Positions 35,194 through 36,161 of a stretch of DNA of 36,161 bases are shown in pieces. Numbering within the stretch: the first letter of the stretch is position 1; each line of letters starts with the position of its first letter. The stretch is from a virus: the IMG/VR virus record IMGVR_UViG_3300044857_000324. One strand, written 5' to 3'. The notes beneath the pieces are model-generated. The model did no database searches, was not told the origin of the DNA, and worked only from the letters and a program-made list of their open reading frames with translations. Position numbers and translations under genes: made by a program.

Positions 35194-35406
35194 ATGACGA
35201 ATTTGAATAGTGAAGAATTTATGGGGGCTGCTGAAGCTGCCGAAATCTGGGGTAAAAATCGTGACTACGTACGTGTAAGCCTTCGACAGTCGCCAGCTAA
35301 ATGGCCGGCGGGATCGTGGCGCAAATTTGATAACCGTCAGATAGTTGTAACTGTTGAGGGGATGGAGGCCGCCACTGGTCAACCTGACCCACGGAAGCAA
35401 AAGTAA
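35194..35406 (+). CDS. Helix-turn-helix domain protein at the prophage right end
   Basis: 70 aa; MGAAEAAEIWGKNRDYVRVSLRQSPAKWPAGSWRKFDNRQIVVTVEGMEAATG, MerR/excisionase-like HTH; SD AAGGAG. Confidence 0.7.
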   Translation: MTNLNSEEFMGAAEAAEIWGKNRDYVRVSLRQSPAKWPAGSWRKFDNRQIVVTVEGMEAATGQPDPRKQK

Positions 35407-35408
35407 TG

Positions 35409-35425
35409 TGCACCATTTGTGCACG
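35409..35425 (+). repeat. Pair of GTGCAC boxes near attR (candidate integrase arm sites)
   Basis: GTGCAC at 35409 and 35420 (11-nt period), matching GTGCAC at 661, 672, 702 and 714. Confidence 0.5.
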
Positions 35426-35528
35426 CACGGGTGAAAACTAGGATAAATCAGAACAATTAGATGTTCTAAGAATGCCTATATAATAGGAAATTAGGAAAAA
35501 TAAACAGCCCTAAACATTGAGGAAACGT

Positions 35529-35540
35529 CCGGGCTGCGCA
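35529..35540 (+). repeat. attR core (12-bp direct repeat CCGGGCTGCGCA)
   Basis: Identical to 601..612 at the tRNA-Arg 3' end. Confidence 0.8.
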
Positions 35541-35551
35541 GATTGTATTGA

Positions 35552-35580
35552 GAGGTCAACGACGGTTGGCCTCTTTTTTA
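35552..35580 (+). terminator. Rho-independent terminator, probably the original terminator of the tRNA-Arg gene
   Basis: GAGGTCAAC-GACG-GTTGGCCTC followed by TTTTTT, 12 nt after attR. Confidence 0.8.
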
Positions 35581-35907
35581 TTACCCTTTACATAGGCAGG
35601 CGACCTGCCCCGGCAAGTTGTGCCGGGGGGACGTCAATACAAACGGCCACTTGGTGAAATTTAGAACCGTTTGTGGGTGAGCAAAACGTGATTGAATCCC
35701 CAAAATGACCCATAATCGGGAGTGATTGTTAACGTTTGCTACTAATATGAGATATGTATGAGACACATTCCGAATGCTCTACCGAACGAGTCGGGCTAAA
35801 AGTCCCGTGTTTCGGTTGTAATAACGAACATTCTGCGACTAAACACTGTAATTATGTCTAAATGACGAATTTTCCTAGTGTTTTCGCGAAAGTGAGGCGC
35901 TATCAGC

Positions 35908-35936
35908 TTGCATGCACTGGGGGGCGTTGCTATAAT
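35908..35936 (+). promoter_or_regulatory. Candidate promoter of the cggR-like gene
   Basis: TTGCAT (35908..35913), 17-nt spacer, TATAAT (35931..35936). Confidence 0.7.
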
Positions 35937-36050
35937 AAACGTGTTGGTAAGGAGAGCGGTTCGACCCGGGGTCCTTAATTTTTTTAAGGTTGTTGGGTCG
36001 CCGGACGCTCCTGTTGGACACCAAACGTCCCACGAGAAGGAATGAGCCTA

Positions 36051-36161
36051 ATGCAATCTCAGTATTCCTGGATTGAGGCGATTGCACCTGACATGTTGGC
36101 GGTCGCGAGCAAGCGATACCAGATTTTGCAATATGTGAGCTGGATGGAACCCGTTGGGCGC
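36051..36161 (+). CDS. cggR: CggR-like central glycolytic genes regulator, N-terminus (truncated by window end)
   Basis: MQSQYSWIEAIAPDMLAVASKRYQILQYVSWMEPVGR resembles the CggR N-terminus; SD GAGAAGG upstream; plausible clpP-cggR neighbourhood. Confidence 0.75.
   Translation, partial: MQSQYSWIEAIAPDMLAVASKRYQILQYVSWMEPVGR

Noticed and set aside
35581-35766. Minus-strand ORF (61 aa) in the right flank
   Set aside because: Covers two perfect hairpins and has no RBS or recognisable motif.
1-36161. Search for toxin-antitoxin pairs, restriction-modification, retron, CBASS, Thoeris, Gabija or similar systems
   Set aside because: No RT, NTase, TIR, methyltransferase or SMC-like genes visible. 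The SNF2-type helicase, VRR-NUC and nuclease-ATPase fusion sit in a coherent phage replication operon, so calling them a defence system is not supported.

Overview
The window holds a complete-looking, temperate, siphovirus-type prophage of about 34.9 kb in a Lactobacillaceae-like chromosome. It sits between clpP (3' end, 3..329) plus a tRNA-Arg(CCG) gene (541..612) on the left and the start of a cggR-like regulator (36051..end) on the right. A 12-bp direct repeat, CCGGGCTGCGCA, lies at the tRNA 3' end (601..612) and at 35529..35540 and marks attL/attR. Gene order is: integrase (-); TM moron-like gene; ImmA/IrrE protease and CI-like repressor (-); Cro-like gene and early genes; a replication module (SNF2-type helicase, VRR-NUC, PD-(D/E)XK + Sak4-like ATPase fusion, DUF669-like, compact family B DNA polymerase, D5/P4-type primase-helicase); late regulator; HNH; terminase; portal; protease; HK97-type capsid; tail; holin; GH25 endolysin; and a small right-end accessory segment. 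No CRISPR array, transposon, rRNA or recognisable multi-gene defence island was seen. Best second-look items: (1) two adjacent, unannotated, mutually similar small transmembrane peptides at the right end, the first with its own promoter and a perfect SD but no ATG; (2) a probable -1 frameshift adding a 113-aa Ig/Fn3-like domain to the major capsid protein; (3) a nuclease-ATPase fusion with an in-frame internal RBS and start; (4) mutually exclusive hairpins and repeats downstream of the primase-helicase (possible attenuator/origin); (5) paired GTGCAC boxes near both att sites, consistent with integrase arm sites. All family calls are by motif reading; no database search was run.
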